A stretch of DNA of 64,000 bases, taken from assembly GCF_009914755.1 (NCBI RefSeq), contig NC_060934.1; one strand, written 5' to 3'. Both the position numbers and the translations under genes were made by a program. The notes below the pieces were generated by a model, which was not told where the DNA came from, ran no database searches, and saw only the letters and a list, made by a program, of their open reading frames with translations. This stretch comes from the human T2T-CHM13v2.0 reference genome, Homo sapiens. Within the stretch, counting starts at the first letter, position 1, and every line of letters starts with the position of its first letter. This document shows, piece after piece, positions 36,322-51,362 of the stretch.

Positions 36322-39265
36322 TAAAGTGGCAGCCTTAAGTCCTAACACACCATTAATGATATTAAATATAAATAGTCTTAATGCAGCAATAAAAAGCAGA
36401 GATTGACAGTGTGAATTAAAAAGCAGGGCTCAAGTGTATGTTATCTGCAGGAAACTCACTTCAAAATAATGATACAGGCAGTTTGAAAACAAAAAAATGG
36501 AAAAAGATATCTATACAAACATTAATCAAAAGAAAGTAGGAATGGCTATATTAATAAATGATAAAGTAGATTTCAGAGCAAAGAAAATTACCAGAGGCAG
36601 AGAGGAACATTATTAATGATGAAGGGTCAGTACACCAAGAAGACAGCCATTTAAAAGAGCTACAAAATGTGTGAAGCAAAAACTGATGGAACTTAAAGGA
36701 GAACTAGACAAATCTACAATTATAGTTGAAGACTTCAGTGTCCCTCACTCAACAATTGCTAGAATAACTAGACATAAAATCAGTAAGGATATAAAAGAAC
36801 TCAAAAACTCCCTCAACCAACAGTATATGGTTAATATTTATAGAATAATCTGTCTAGCAACAGCAGAACACACATTTTTTTCAGGCCCACAAAGTAGATA
36901 GCAGCATAGAACATATGCTGAACCATAAAACAAACCTTAACAAATTTAGAAGAATTGAAATCATACAGAACACATTATCTAATGTTATGGAATCAAACTC
37001 GAAATCAATACAGAAAAATGATCAGAAAATTTCCGAACACATGGAAACGCAACAGCATACTTGTAAAAATCCCATGGGACAAAGAGGAAATCTTGAAGGA
37101 ATTAAAAAATACACTGAACTGAGGGAAAATGAAAACACAACATATCAAAATGTGTGGGTGCACATCTACGGCAGTGCTGAGAGCAACGTTTGTATCTCTT
37201 AACACATGCACTAGAAAAGGAGAAAATTGAAAATCGATAATCCGAGCTCCTGACTCAAGACGTTTGAAAACTTCAAAATGTAAGCAGAAGGAAGGAAAAA
37301 ATAAAGAACAGATATCAATGAGATTGAAAGCAGAAAAACAATAGAAAAAAAATCAATGAAACAAAAATGATTCTTTGAAGAGATCAATAAAATTGATAAA
37401 CCTCTAGAAAGACTGGCAAAGAAAGAATAAATACACAAATTACAAATATCAGGAGTGAAACCTGATATATCACTGCAGACCCGTAGACATTAATATGATG
37501 TGGGTTACTATGAACAACTCTACACATGCAAATTTGACAACGTAGATGAAATGAACTAATTCATCAGAAAACACAAATTTCTGCAACTTTGCCAATGTGA
37601 AATAGTTATTTTGATCAGTGTTGTAACTTAAAGAAAATTGAATTTGTAATTAAACATCTCCTAAAAAGGAAATTTCCAAGCCCAGATAGTTTCACTGGAT
37701 ACTTCTACCAAATGTTTAAGGGTGAATTGACACCAATTCTATACAAAAATCTTTTCCAGAAAATGTAAGGGAACACCAGTTCATCTTTGTGAAGTGAGTA
37801 ATACCAAAACCAGACTGGTCTCATACCAAAACCAGACATAGTACAAAATCTTAGAGAACAGAATTCAGCAATTTATAAAAAGAAATATGCACAAATTTCA
37901 AGTGGGATTTTTTTTCTAGGTATACAATGATGATTTAATATTAAAAAAGTCATCAGTGTAATTCACCAGAGTAACAGACTAAAGTTGATGTGGAAAAAAG
38001 AATTTGCCAAAATCTAATATTCACTTATGATGAAAAACTCTCAGAAAAAATAGGAAGAGAGGGAGAACATCCTCAATTTGATAAAGAGCATTTATCAAAA
38101 AAATTGCAGTTAGCATTATGTTTAATGGTGCTTTCCTTCTAAGACAGGGGAAAGGCAAGGATGTCTGTACTCACCACTTTTATTCAGCATTGTGCTGGAA
38201 GCTCTAGCCAGTACAATAATGCAAGAAAAGGATATAAAAGACATGCAGATTTGAAAGAAAAAATAAAACTGTCTCCATTTGCAAATGACATGATTAGCTC
38301 TATAGAAAATCCCAAGGAACCTGCGAGACCCTCCTAGAAACAAAGTGAGCTCAGCAATGTTGCAGGACAGCCCCATGAAGGAGGGGTTGGGGTATGGACT
38401 CTGGATTGGCTGCTTTGCACGTGAAAGGTGTGTACGGTCGAGCTGTTTCCAATCTTTAGGAACTGGCTAACGCTGGGAGGGGCAGCCCCTTTGGGGTCAG
38501 CAAGGCCCCAGATGTCAAAAACATGAGAATACAGAAAATAAAGGATGTGGTTACTACATCCAGGCTCACTGATGGCTGGCTTTTCTTCATCCTGCCGGTC
38601 TCAGCTTAATTGTCACCTTTTCAGAGACAGCTTCTGGGGAACCATGCAGCCCAGATGCCCCCACCCACATCATACTCCAAGCAGCACCCTGTTTGTTTCA
38701 TTCACAGCCTTCACATTTTTAGTTACTTGTCTGTTACATGTGTGTGCCCTCTGTGAGCGCAGAACCATGCCTGCCTTATTCATTGTTAAATCCCCAGGGC
38801 CTGGCAGAGGACCTTGCACATAAAGGGCACCCAATAAATATTTCTGTAATGAAAAAAACAAATGCATGAGGATCACAGAGCTTAAGTGGCTTTCCAAGGT
38901 TGTATAGCTGGTAAATAGAGAAAGCAGCAGATGAGCAGAGTTCTCTGGACTTCAGTTTTGTTTATTTTTTACTCTGACACATTATAGTGCTTCTCAAAGC
39001 CACGAGTGCATCATGAGCCAGACTTGCCTGGCATTTAGGCCCTCCGAGAAGCTCTAGCCATGGCACTGCCTGGTCCCATTGGGTGTGAGGGGCTGAGTCC
39101 CCTGATTCTGAGGGAGGCTGTGCAGCTCTGCAGAGGGTCTGGAACAGAACTGCTGTCCCCTCACCAGGGCCCCCTAGTCCCCACTGATGACCAGTCAGAC
39201 TTGTGTGAAATTTCAGATTAAGCCCATCCCAAGGGCTCAAAACATATTTGATTCTGTAGGCCTGT

Positions 39266-39458
39266 CAGAGTTGCCAGATTTGGCAAATAAAAACATAGGA
39301 TTCTTAGTTAGATCTAAATTTCAGGTAAGCAACAAATATTTTATTAAATAAAAGTATGTCTCAAATATTACATGGAACATATTTAGAATAAACCACAATT
39401 CGCAGTTTATCTGAAGTTCATATTTACCTGGGAATCCTGTCTGTAAGCTGGCTGCCTT
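39266..39458 (+). mobile_element. MER53-like hAT MITE
   Basis: 'cagagttgccagatttggcaaataaaaacatagga...aaatttcagg' with a partial inverted counterpart at ~39405-39440. Confidence 0.65.
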
Positions 39459-41108
39459 CCTGGTGGCATGTTCCAGGAGACTGGATTTTTAAAATAGATT
39501 CCTCAGTTGATTTCTCTCATCAACCATGTTGGAAACAATTGCTAATGCCAATCAGTAATCCACTAGATGCCATTTTTGCTCAAGTTATTAACTGGCAAGT
39601 TTATACATTTTTATTTAATTTACGGATCTGGAGTCCTTGTCATTCATTAACAGTGTCTCTCACTGGCACAGGAGACTGGAGAAATCACCATTTTTCCAGG
39701 GTTTATAATTTATAGAGGAAATTCCTGATAGACAGAGATGGGGTGAGCTAGCCTTGAAGACAGGCAAAAGGACTTCCTGCCAACTGCCCTGTGTGCTCTG
39801 CTCCTGCAGGAAGGTTACTGGGCTTGTCAGCCATTAGAAGGGGGCAATATCAGAGAATGACGGGGTGATCCTGTGTTTTCTCTTGGGGTGGGTGGGTAGA
39901 TAATGGCCCCAACAACCAGAACTGGGGACACAAAGAAGTGTCTTTAGGTAAGAAAGACACAGTGAGATGGTTTTGGAGATGTTCATATCTCCTTTGTGCA
40001 TGCAGGTGGAGGCATTTACCAGGCAGGCCAGTGCTGGGTCTGCATTTGGGAGCACAGCTGGAGCTGGAAGCATGTGTCTGGAAGTCGTCAGTGTGCTGGT
40101 GGTAGGTGACACTGGGCTGTGAGTGCAATCGTCTAAGAGCAAGGACAGGGCCTAGGAAAGTGTGGGAACAGCCAGCTCCCTTCCTGTTCATGCTGTCCTT
40201 TCCCTGTCCACCTCACCGGCTGCAATCCATGCACAGAGTTCCACCCAGTCCCACTGTAGGGGGCTGCCCTGGTGCCCACACACACCCTGTAACCCCAGGG
40301 CTTTATTTGAGACAAACATGGTTGAGTGTGATCATGATGCTGGGATTATGATCCTCGAGACCTACTCACTGAAGCTGAAACACTGCCCCAATCTTCTGCA
40401 CAGTGAAGGGGGCCATAACAAGAATCTCTGTTACACATATGGAAAAATGATCACATTTATGGGTTACTCAAAGACCACAGTCTACGAAAAGACATATGGG
40501 AAGGATAAATGAACCGGAACTTAAAGGTGTTCTTCCCCTGACCTCTAGAAATGTTGGGCAAGTTCACTTCACCTCTCCGTATTCTGTCTCCTCACCTGCA
40601 ATGGTGTAAGTGTGATGCCTTCCTTGGAGGGCTGCTCTAAGGGTTAAATAAATGTATGTGAGTACACATATATATGTATATATTGATGTATATGCATATG
40701 TGTGTATATATGTCTATGTATGTAAATACACATAGACACATGGTGTTTAGAATAAGCTCTGACATGTACACTCGATAAATATTAGCTATGTATATGTTGA
40801 ATTGTGTTAAATCGTATGTAACTCTTCCATTCCTTTTTAACAAGTTTGTGGAGGCTTTTGTGTTCTGTTCAGGCCAGGGTGGAGGCAGGCAGACAGGTTG
40901 AAACCCATATTTCTGCTGGCTTAGGATTGGGGCCTCTTGTCATCTGGTGTTCATTTGTTTTTATGAGTCCAGAGCAGGATAAACTCTTCAGCCTCTCTCT
41001 TACCCTCAGTGGAAAGAGCCCTGGGCTGAGAAAAGGAAATACTGGTGTTTATCCACTTCCACTGGTGAAATGGGAGAGAACACGGTGTGTTTGAGAGGGG
41101 GCAGCAAG

Positions 41109-42050
41109 TGTAGCGGGTGCTATTGTGTTCCCCAGGTGCCCCTCAGGACTGAGGCACTCCATGCCGGAAGCTGACAGTTCTCAGCCAAATTCCTCTCTGG
41201 AGGTTGCTCTCTGGCTTGCCCAACCTATCCACTTCTTGTGGGCAGCCCCCATCCAATAACTGGTTGAGGAGGAGAGGAGTCTACAGGCCCTGACTTTGGC
41301 CTCAAGATGGGAGAACACCAAAGAGCCATTCCAGATCCAAAAATTCTTGAAGCTCAGCTTTCCATTGAAACCACCTTGCAGTTCAACTTCCTTTGCACAG
41401 TTTTGCTTTTCTCACCCCTTATAGATGTGACTGTTAAGAGTAATTCCTAACAAACCTTCTGCATACAAATTTCAGAGCTTTAGAGACTCTTTTTTTTTGG
41501 TAATCCCAACCTATGATAATTGGTACCAGAAATGGTCCTACAAAGCACAACCTAAATTTGGGTTTTGAAGATAGACCATCCATTGGCTTACTGGCAATGA
41601 AGACCACATCACTGGTCTAAGTGTACCCTGATAGTCCCAGTGCCAAATTGGGGAACAATTGTTGAGATTTTCAACAGTGGTAGACTGAGATTGGGTGCTG
41701 GTGGGAGAAAGCATATGGCAAGTGTGACATCTCAGGTGGTCATCTTGGGAGTCTGGGGGCTGGAGATAGTCATTATAAGGATGTTGGAACCAAGTGTCCA
41801 TTCCTTGAGGCCATCAACACCTTGGAGAAAAACAATGACAGTCTGAAGATGAGAAATCACCAGTGTAAGGCGAAGTATGAAAGCCAGAGAATCTCCCTGG
41901 CTGCACATGGGAACTCTCATTTCTTTCAGTCAAAATGCAGAAAAGCAGAGGAGAAAGAGAGCTCCAGAGAAAGTTCGGTTTTCAGCATTTGTAGGTCTGC
42001 TCCATGCAGATGAGGGCTTTGATTGGGAAGGAGTGAGATACTGAGTTTGG
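41109..42050 (+). mobile_element. LTR16-like ERVL LTR (41109-~41517) plus start of the internal region
   Basis: 'tgtagcgggtgct...cccctcaggactgaggcactc', ending 'aatcccaacctatgata' and followed by ERVL-type 'ttggtaccagaaatggtcct'. Confidence 0.65.
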
Positions 42051-42059
42051 AATAAGGGC

Positions 42060-42540
42060 TTGTATGGACATAAGTTTTTGTTTTTCTTGGGTAAATATGT
42101 GAAAGTGGAATTTCTGGGTCATATGGTAGGTTTAAGTTTAACTTTTTCAGAAACTGCCAAATTGTTTTCCAAAGTGGTTTTACTATTTTACATTCCTACT
42201 AGCAATGTATGACAGCGCCAATGGCTGTATATCCCTGCCAAACTTGTATTGTCAGTCTCCAATTTTAGCCATTTCAACTGCTCTGTAGCATCTCAATGTG
42301 GTTTTAATTTGCACTTCCCTATTGACTGAAAATACTGAGGGCTGTTTCATAGGCTTACTTACCATGTGTATTTCTTCTTTTGTGAAATATCTATCCAAAT
42401 ATTTTGTCCATTTTAAATTGGGTTGTCTTCTTGTTGAGTTGGAAGAGTTCTATGGATTCAAGTTCTTTGTCAGATGTATGACTGAAGAATATGTTCTCCC
42501 AGTCAGTAGCTTACCTCTTTTCATTTCCTAAAACTCCTAT
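42060..42540 (-). mobile_element. L1M 3' fragment
   Basis: 'gaaactgccaaattgttttccaaagtggt...tacattcctactagcaatgtatga'. Confidence 0.8.
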
Positions 42541-43832
42541 CTGTAGCAGAATTTCATTTTCTTGATGATGTGTCCCTTCTTTCACTCTTGTCCATTATCC
42601 ACTCAGCAGCAAATTTTGTGGAGAGATCCTCAAACGATGTTCAGGATCCAGTCCCTTCTCACTGTTTCCGCCACTCTCCCTGAGCTTTCCCAAGTCTGCA
42701 TCGCCTCTCCCTGGATCACTGCAATGGCCTCTTTATGGTCCTCCTTGCCTCCACTCTTGTCTCCTTGTAGCTACTGCCGATACAGCAGGCAGCCTGATCC
42801 TTGAAATGTAGACGATACGATGTCACTACATGCATCAAAACCCTGCATTGGTTCCCCATGTAATTGCAGTAAAACCCACAGATCTTACAAAAACCAACAA
42901 GGGCCTCCGTGGTCTGATGTCCCGTCCCATGCCTGACCTCATCTCTTTTTTGTTCAACTCTACTGCAGCCATACTGGACTCCTTGCTGTTTCTCCAATGT
43001 GCAAGGCACACTCCTGTCTTGCACACTTAAAAAAATTGAAATGTAACTTACACACATACATTTCACCCTCTTAAAGTATAATTCAGTGTTTTTTTTTTTA
43101 CCGTATTCACAAGGGACTCCAACATCTACACTCATTCCAGAACATTTTCATCATTCCCAGAAGAAATCCCATCCCCATTGTCTCCTGCCTTTTTTTGTGT
43201 GTGTGGAAATTGCAAAGGAAACTTTATAGACAATGAAAATATAGTACTTTGATTGCTCAAAATGTATAATGTGCTAGAACTTGAAATTATGTAGTTTACT
43301 TGTTGACCATCTGGCTACAGTTCAGTTACTGCTTCAAAAGCTAAACTTAATAATCTTCCTAAGCTGCTTAAAATAAAGTTCTTAAATTATAGCAATAAAG
43401 AAAAGGAAACAATTAATATTGCAGTTTGTCAAAAAACTTGTATGAAATTTCAACTCTTATTCTTAAAAAGTTATAAAAATTGATGTTTTGGCTAAGTTAT
43501 AAACATGCTTATAATGCAATTATTTGTGTAAGTCTAGTAATGCTTATGGTGGCTGTAAGATCAGAATAGATTCTTAAAAAACATAAAAAATAAAAATATT
43601 TATCCCCATTATTTATCTGTAGAATGTGCTTATATATGCCTAAATTTCAGCATTTACTATATCTTCATTGCTTTAATTTAAGAAGTCACATATGAAGAAT
43701 AAGGCAAAAGCAGCTACAAGCTGGCATATTAGTTTATTTCTCAACTTGTAAAAATATTCTTAATTTGTTGATGTAGCAAACAAATTTCAACTCTGATTGC
43801 TTTGCAGAAAAACAACATAATCTTTACAATAA

Positions 43833-44210
<378 letters not shown>

Positions 44211-44387
44211 TGAACTACAGGTATTAAATACTGAAAAAAGTTAGCAGTTTATTATGATTTGTTTTATTTAACAGTTTAGGAAATCATAGCCATCAGCTTT
44301 TCCAGTGGAATTCAGGAATCTCGGTGGAGCTGTTAGTGTAGCGAAACTTTATAGGTAAAATACACAAATATTTTTGATAGCACTGTT

Positions 44388-44987
44388 TTTTTTGCTCGTT
44401 AGTTGATGGAGTTTCTTCCTAGCCTTGATGGTCTTTACAATTTGGCATGTTTTTGCAGTGGCTGGTACTGGTTGTTCCTTTCCATGTTTAGTGCTTCCTT
44501 CAGGAGCTCTTGTAAGGCAGGCCTGGTGGTGACAAAATCTCTCAGCATTTGCTTGTCTGTAAAGTATTTTATTTCTCCTTCACTTATGAAGCTTAATTTG
44601 GCTGGATATGAGATTCTGGGTTGAAAATTCTTTTCTTTAAGAATGCTGAATCTTGGCCCCCACTCTCTTCTGGCTTGTAGAGTTTCTGCCAAGAGATCCG
44701 CTGTTAGTCTGATGGGCTTCCCTTTGTGGGTAACCCGATCTTTCTCTCTCTGGCTGCCCTTAACATTTTTTCCTTCATTTCAACTTTGGTGAACCTGACA
44801 ATTATGTGTCTTGGAGTTGCTCTTCTCGAGCAGTATCTTTGTGGCGTTCTCTGTATTTCCTGAATTTGAAGGTTGGCCTGCCTTGCTAGATTGGGGAAGT
44901 TTCCTGGATAGTATCCTGCAGAGTGTTCTCCAACTTGTTTCCATTCTCCCCGTCACTTTCAGGTACACCAATCAGACGTAGATTTGG
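44388..44987 (-). mobile_element. L1PA fragment truncated at both ends (3' half of ORF1 + inter-ORF spacer) with 13-bp TSD
   Basis: TSD tgatagcactgtt at 44375-44387 and 44988-45000; ends in 'aacgagc-aaaaaa' at the inter-ORF A run. Confidence 0.95.
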
Positions 44988-45294
44988 TGATAGCACTGTT
45001 AAGGGATCTCTCTAAAATTAACTCACTGGTTTCATTCTCAAGCCATGTTGACTTGGGCCACTCAGCATGGCTTTTATCACGCCTGATGTTAATGCATGTT
45101 GTCTTTTTACAACAAATTCATGACCATCAGAAGATATCCATTTGACATATGTGGCATCAGGGCCTTAATAGCCACCATAGGTTTTCTCCTCTCCATCCAT
45201 TATGTCCTTATGAAATTATACAGTTTTGGGAAAGTCTACCTCCAGACTTTTGCATTGCCTTTCCCCCACCTCGATTGCCCTCCATTCTTTCTTT

Positions 45295-45700
45295 GTCCAT
45301 TTGTGTTGCTATAGAGAAGTACCTAAGCCTGGGTAATTTATAAAAAAAGAGGCTTATTTGGCTTATGGTTCTGCAGGCTGTACAGGAAATGCGGTGCCGT
45401 ATCTGGTTGGCTTCTGGTGGGGGACTCAGGCTGCTTCCACTGATGGTGGGAGGTGAAGGGGAGAAGGCTGTGCAGAGGTCACATGGGGAGAGAGGAAGCA
45501 AGAGAGAGAGGGTAGTGCCTGGCTCTTCTTAATAGCCAGCTCTCATGTGAGAACTGACCCATTACCTCTAGGCCAGTGACAAGCCATTCACGAGGGATCC
45601 TCTCCCAAGACCCGAACACCTCTACCAGGCCCTGCCTTCAGCATCGGAATCAAATTTCGACATGAGGTTTGGAGGCGGGGCAAATATCCAAACTATAGCT
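45295..45700 (-). mobile_element. MSTA/MSTB solo LTR
   Basis: 'tccatttgtgttgctata...gggtaatttataaa...ggttctgcaggctgtacagga...atatccaaactatagc'. Confidence 0.85.
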
Positions 45701-46869
45701 CACTCCCTCACCTCCTTCAAGGCTTAACGCAAGTATCACTTTACCAAGGGGGCATTGTACCCCGACTACCCTGTTTAAAATCACTGTCTCCTCTACTTTT
45801 TCGTTTTTCCATTCTACTCATCATGTTCTAACATTCTGTGTATAGTTATTTATTCTCTTTATAATTTATTGCATTCTCTGGCAACAATGTAGGGACATTT
45901 GTGCTGTTCACTGGTGAAACCTAAGCACCTAGAACAGTGCCTGGCACACAGAACATGCTTATTAAACATTTACTGATGAGATGAACAAGCCAATGAAATC
46001 CTGAGTGAATGTCAACCACCTTTCTCGACATAAGTGTGACCGGGCACCCCAGGCCTCCCTTGAGGATAGTCCTAGCTGTTCTTTTTTCACCAAGCCCCAG
46101 ATCTGACTTGAAGAGGCAATGCAGATATTTACTGAGGTTCTTGGGGGAGACGGAGGAGGAAGTGCTTACAACCAACATTGTCACCACATCTCTAATGGCC
46201 TCCTCTTTTCCTCAATTCTCCCCGTAGCAGCATACTCAGCTTTCCTATGTTTTTTCTTTTTTACAGAATCTCTCTCTCCTCCTTTTTTGCTGGCTCTCTG
46301 TGTCCTTCCTGACACTGCCCTTCATCTTGTACACCCATTCAGCAAGACAAAAAACTGGTCTGCTCAGCCAGACACCTGGTCACTTATTTCTTCCTAGACC
46401 AGGTCACTGATAGACAACAGGGGTATGTGGGGATTCTAGTACTCTGACATTTTGAGAATAGTCGACTCCACCCTCAAGTCCTTTCTACCTGGATGTGTGA
46501 GGCAGTTATTCCAGGTATCCACTGCTTGCCATTCTAAGCCTATGTCCTTAGCTCCTAAGAAGGTGTGAAATTCTTTCTTGTTTTGGAAAGCAAGGAAAGA
46601 ATTAGAGAAGTCTCTTCTGATCCTTGTTCTTTGAAAAAAAGCACAAATGGGGTATTTCAAGAGGGAAGAATATGAGAGGCTGAGAAGCACATGGAACTGT
46701 AATGAGAGGCCTGCAGCTTCAAAGGTGAGTCTCTCCAGGAGGGGAAACCTGAGCCCCAGGCCTCGGGTTCCTTGCTGTCCAGGTTCTCATTCCTTCCATC
46801 TGCTTCACACTGCTTGGAGCGTGGTTTTGCTCACAGGCATGAGATGACCTGAAGACTGGGGTCTGTTTG

Positions 46870-48400
46870 CTGTGACTCTATGTTTTATCATTTGAATGGT
46901 TGCTTTAGCCTTCATAGTATACGTCCTTAGCTTATCATAGTTGATCTTTGAGTGTATTTATAGCACTTTATAGACGGTATTACAATCTCATGATAGTTAT
47001 TCCCATTTTCCCCCTCCTGGCTTTTTGTGCTGTTGTCATACATTTTATGTCTACATATGTTGTAAATGACACAATTACATCATTATTATTTTTTAATAAG
47101 AATAAAACCTTATACAGTTACTCATGCAGTTAACAACTTCTGATACTCTTTATTCCTTTGCATAGATCCAGATTTCCATGCGGTCTCAATTTCCTTCTGC
47201 TGAGAAGTTTCCTTAACGTTTCTTTTAGTCCATGTTTGCTGGTGATGAATTCTTTTAGCTTTTTATTTCTGCAAACAGTCTTTATTTTTGAAACATATTT
47301 TTTGCTGGATATGGAACTCTACGCTGACATTTATGTCTTTAATCTGACTGTAATTTATATTTGTTTATGATAGTTAATAAAGTCCATTTTTGAAACTGTA
47401 AGTCTGATATTAAATTTCTAGGCACCCTGAAATAGATGGGATCCGGCGTTAACTAGGTCTTCTTTTGGTTTCAGCTCTACATAATGCTAATCTCCTTTTC
47501 TGATGCCTTTTTTCATTCAGTACTTTAAAAATGTTGCTTTATTTTTGCATTGTTTCAGACAAGAAATCTTCTGTCATCCTCATCTCTGTCTCTGTATGTA
47601 ATATGTCTTTTTACTCTGGTTTAAGATTGTCTCTTTATCACTGTTTTTGAGCAACTTAATACTGAGGTGTCTTGTAGTTTTCTTTAAGTTTCTTGGGCTT
47701 GGAGTTTGCTGAGTTTTTTTGATCTATGGGTTTATAGCTCTGATTGAATTTGGAAATTTTCAGCCATATTTCTTCAAATATTTTTTCTGTTCCACACCCT
47801 CTATTCATTTCAATTTTTGATTATTTTCTTTCTCTTGGTGTCTTATTTTGGATAGTTTCTCTTTCTTTAAGATCCCTAATATTTTCATCTGCAATGTCTA
47901 ATCTGTTGTTAATCCCATCCAATATATTTTTCATTGTAACATCTCACACATTATAGTTTTTATCTCTAGAAGTTCAATTTGCCTCTTTTACAGATTCCAT
48001 GTAGCTAACTTTTGCAAATACATAATGCAGTTATAATAACTGTTTTAGTGTCCTTGTTTGCTTATTTGAACATCTGTATCAGTTCTGGGCCAGTGTTGAT
48101 TGGTTGATTTTTCTTCTCACTGTGTTTTCTGCTTCTTTGTTGCCTCAGCTTAGGAGTCCTGTATTCTCCTGCTATCCCTCTCCCTGCCCCATGGCTGGAG
48201 AGGTCTCCAGTAAGCTGGGGCAATCAGATGGGTCACCTCATTTGTGCCCATCTCTTGGGGATCACCGTCCTCCATTGCTTGTTGGCCAGTGTCTTAAAAA
48301 CTATTTTTTCATATATTTTATTTATTATTTTTGTGGGTTCAGACAAGAGGGTAAATCAAGACCCGGTTACTCCCTCTTGGTCAGAAACGGAATCCACTTG
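46870..48400 (-). mobile_element. Old L1M ORF1-region fragments
   Basis: T-rich antisense L1 motifs ('gctggtgatgaattcttttagcttt', 'tttggaaattttcagccatatttcttcaaata'). Confidence 0.75.
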
Positions 48401-49472
48401 CAACATGTAGATAATAGTAATTCTTTGATAGGGGTCAAATGTGCTAATAATTGTGAAGGGTGTAGTCTAGAACTTGGCAGAGAGTAAGTACTCAGTTAAC
48501 ATTAGATATTGCCACCACTGACAATGCTGTTACTACTGTTGCTGCCATTGCTGTTAGTAATTATCTCAAATGGATGAAATATGTTAATTCAAGTGCCTAG
48601 CCATGATCTGGTGGTTAGTAAGTCCTCTGTTAATATTCCTCCTTCTATTGCTGTGGGTGCCATGCTATTCCTACTATAACTGTTATTATTATTACAGTCA
48701 GACTAACAACCCTGGCCTCAGAGAGACTCACCGGCATGTAATAGAACCTGACAGATCTCTTCCCAGAGGTTATAACTAAGGGTGTTTCTGAGATGTGGAG
48801 TGAACATGAAACCTCTATTCCAAGCCTAGGTGGACAGATCCAGGTGAAACTTGCAGGGGATTCTTGCTTTGGTCTGGGAGATGTGTTTTTCCTAGAAGTT
48901 ATAAAACAGCATTAAGAAATTTAGCTTCTCTGTTATATAGTCTCCTCAACACAAGCTATGCCTCCCTTGTGTCTCCCAGTTATCTCATTGTAATCTCCTA
49001 GATTTGAGAGGTGGGGGCAGGAAAGGGAGCTAGCGCCTGTTGAGGGCCTGCCATGCACCAGACGCTCCCTCTGATGCTGGAATGGCCATGTCCCTTAATT
49101 TCTGAGTCTTAATTTCATCAAGTATAAAATGGAGATAATTGTGCCAATCATACAGTGTTATTATGAGAATGAATTTAAACACGTATAAAGTGCTGCGGGT
49201 AGCGTTTGGCATTGTCTGTATTTGATACATTTTATCCATCATTATTATCTTCACAAAAATCCTACATTGTAGCTGGCGTTATTGTTCCCACTTACATAAG
49301 ACACCTGATGGAGCCAATATCAGTCCCACAGGGAATGACAAGTCCATCCCTAAATGCCATTTGCTCATTCATTTTTGGAAATATACCGAGGCTCTCCCAT
49401 ATCGTAAGCCTGGGGTGCACAGGTTTCTCCCAGAGCACAAAGTGCAGACAGGCAGGTTAATTTACAAGTGTA

Positions 49473-49805
<333 letters not shown>

Positions 49806-50264
49806 TCATGGGAACACTGGTAAAAGCTTGTGTAGAAGGGACTGACTTTAAATGATTTTAGGAGAGGGAAGGTTGTAAGTAATCTTCACTTGGACAAATT
49901 TTTGAGCTGTGTTAGCGTTCATCTAATGGCAGGTGTGGGGAAGTGCATTCTGAGCAGAGAGAATGCTGAGTCAAGGCCAAGAAGCATAATGTTGCCAGCT
50001 GACCCATATGTGTGAACTGTAAAATACCACAGGGTTTGATGAGAACATGGTCTGTAGCAGGAGATTCTTGATGCTAAGAAAGAAGGTGGATTTTTATCTT
50101 GCAGGCCAAGGGAAGCCACTGAAGGATTTTAAACTGGAAAGTACTTACAACAGTTGCACAGCATTTTTTTTAAGCTAAAAGATTGTAAATTACCATATTC
50201 CTATGGTCACAAACCAAATAGTACATATTTAGGTGTTAGGGACTGATTGCTCGGTGCAAGTCTT

Positions 50265-50490
50265 TACACTGCTGTCTCTGCAGGTGGGATCTCACACTGA
50301 TGTCTCTGTAGGTGGGATCTCACAATGTTGTCCAGGTCTTCACACTGCTGTCTCTGCAGGTGGGATCTCACACTGTTGTCTCTGCAAGTGGGATCTCACA
50401 CTGCTGTCCAGCTCTTCACACTGCTGTCTCTGCAGGTAGGATCTCACACTATTGTCCAGGACTTCACACTGCTGTCTCTGCAGGTGGGAT
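50265..50490 (+). repeat. Composite minisatellite of 28-bp (A) and 20-bp (B) units, order AAB-AAB-AB-A
   Basis: A = cacactgctgtctctgcaggtgggatct; B = cacactgctgtccaggtctt. Confidence 0.95.
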
Positions 50491-51362
50491 TCTTTCCTGA
50501 GAGGATGGCTGGCTGGAGGCCCCAGTTTGTGTTAAGGGATTGTCAGTGGGCAAATGTCACTTCAGTGTGTGAAGGCAGGAAGTCAGTGTCTGGGTATAGA
50601 CTCCCTAAAGCCTGGAATGAGTAACTGTTGCATCTGCAGAGGTCCTGAGCTTAGTGTCTCTTAATAAACATCCTGGTCAACTCTTGTGGAAAGCTCCAAA
50701 GTGCAAGGCTTTGCTGAGGGTTGTACAACAAGGTGAGTTTTTCTCCACTCTGATTTATCTGTTAATTTGTTCTCATTCACTTTTGACTCTAAAAACTGTT
50801 GAAATGTCCTTTTCACTAATGGCCTTTCTCTTCATTGTTATAGGTTCTTACTGTTTTTATACCTCTTATACCTTCCTATAGATTTCAATTTCATGCTCTT
50901 GAACTAGAATCCTGATTTTGCTTTTTAAAAAGGTTCCTGTTGTCTGTAGTGGGGATAATTGGAGGGGTGTGGCCTGGATGTAGGGAGACCTACCCAGAGA
51001 GTATTGATCTCGTGGTCCAGCTGACATGGTGGGGGGCTGAATTGAGGGGAGCAGTGAGCCCAGAAGGCAGGAAGGACCCAGAGAAGCCCACAGGTAGCAT
51101 CACAGGTGAGGGAAGGGAGGCACAGGAGGGCTGGAGGGTGAGATGCCTGCCAGGTCTTAGACACGACTGGCTTGATTTGCAGCAAAGCACAAGGAGAAAT
51201 GAGTTGGGAGCAGAATGCAGAAGACCAACTTGGGCAACTCAAATCTCTAGTGTCACTGAGACATCTTGGTTGTTATGTGTGTAGATGGGGTTCTTGGGAG
51301 ACATGTGCAGAAGAAAATATGGATTTATGAGTCATTAGTGTAGGACTTGATGACATGGTGTG

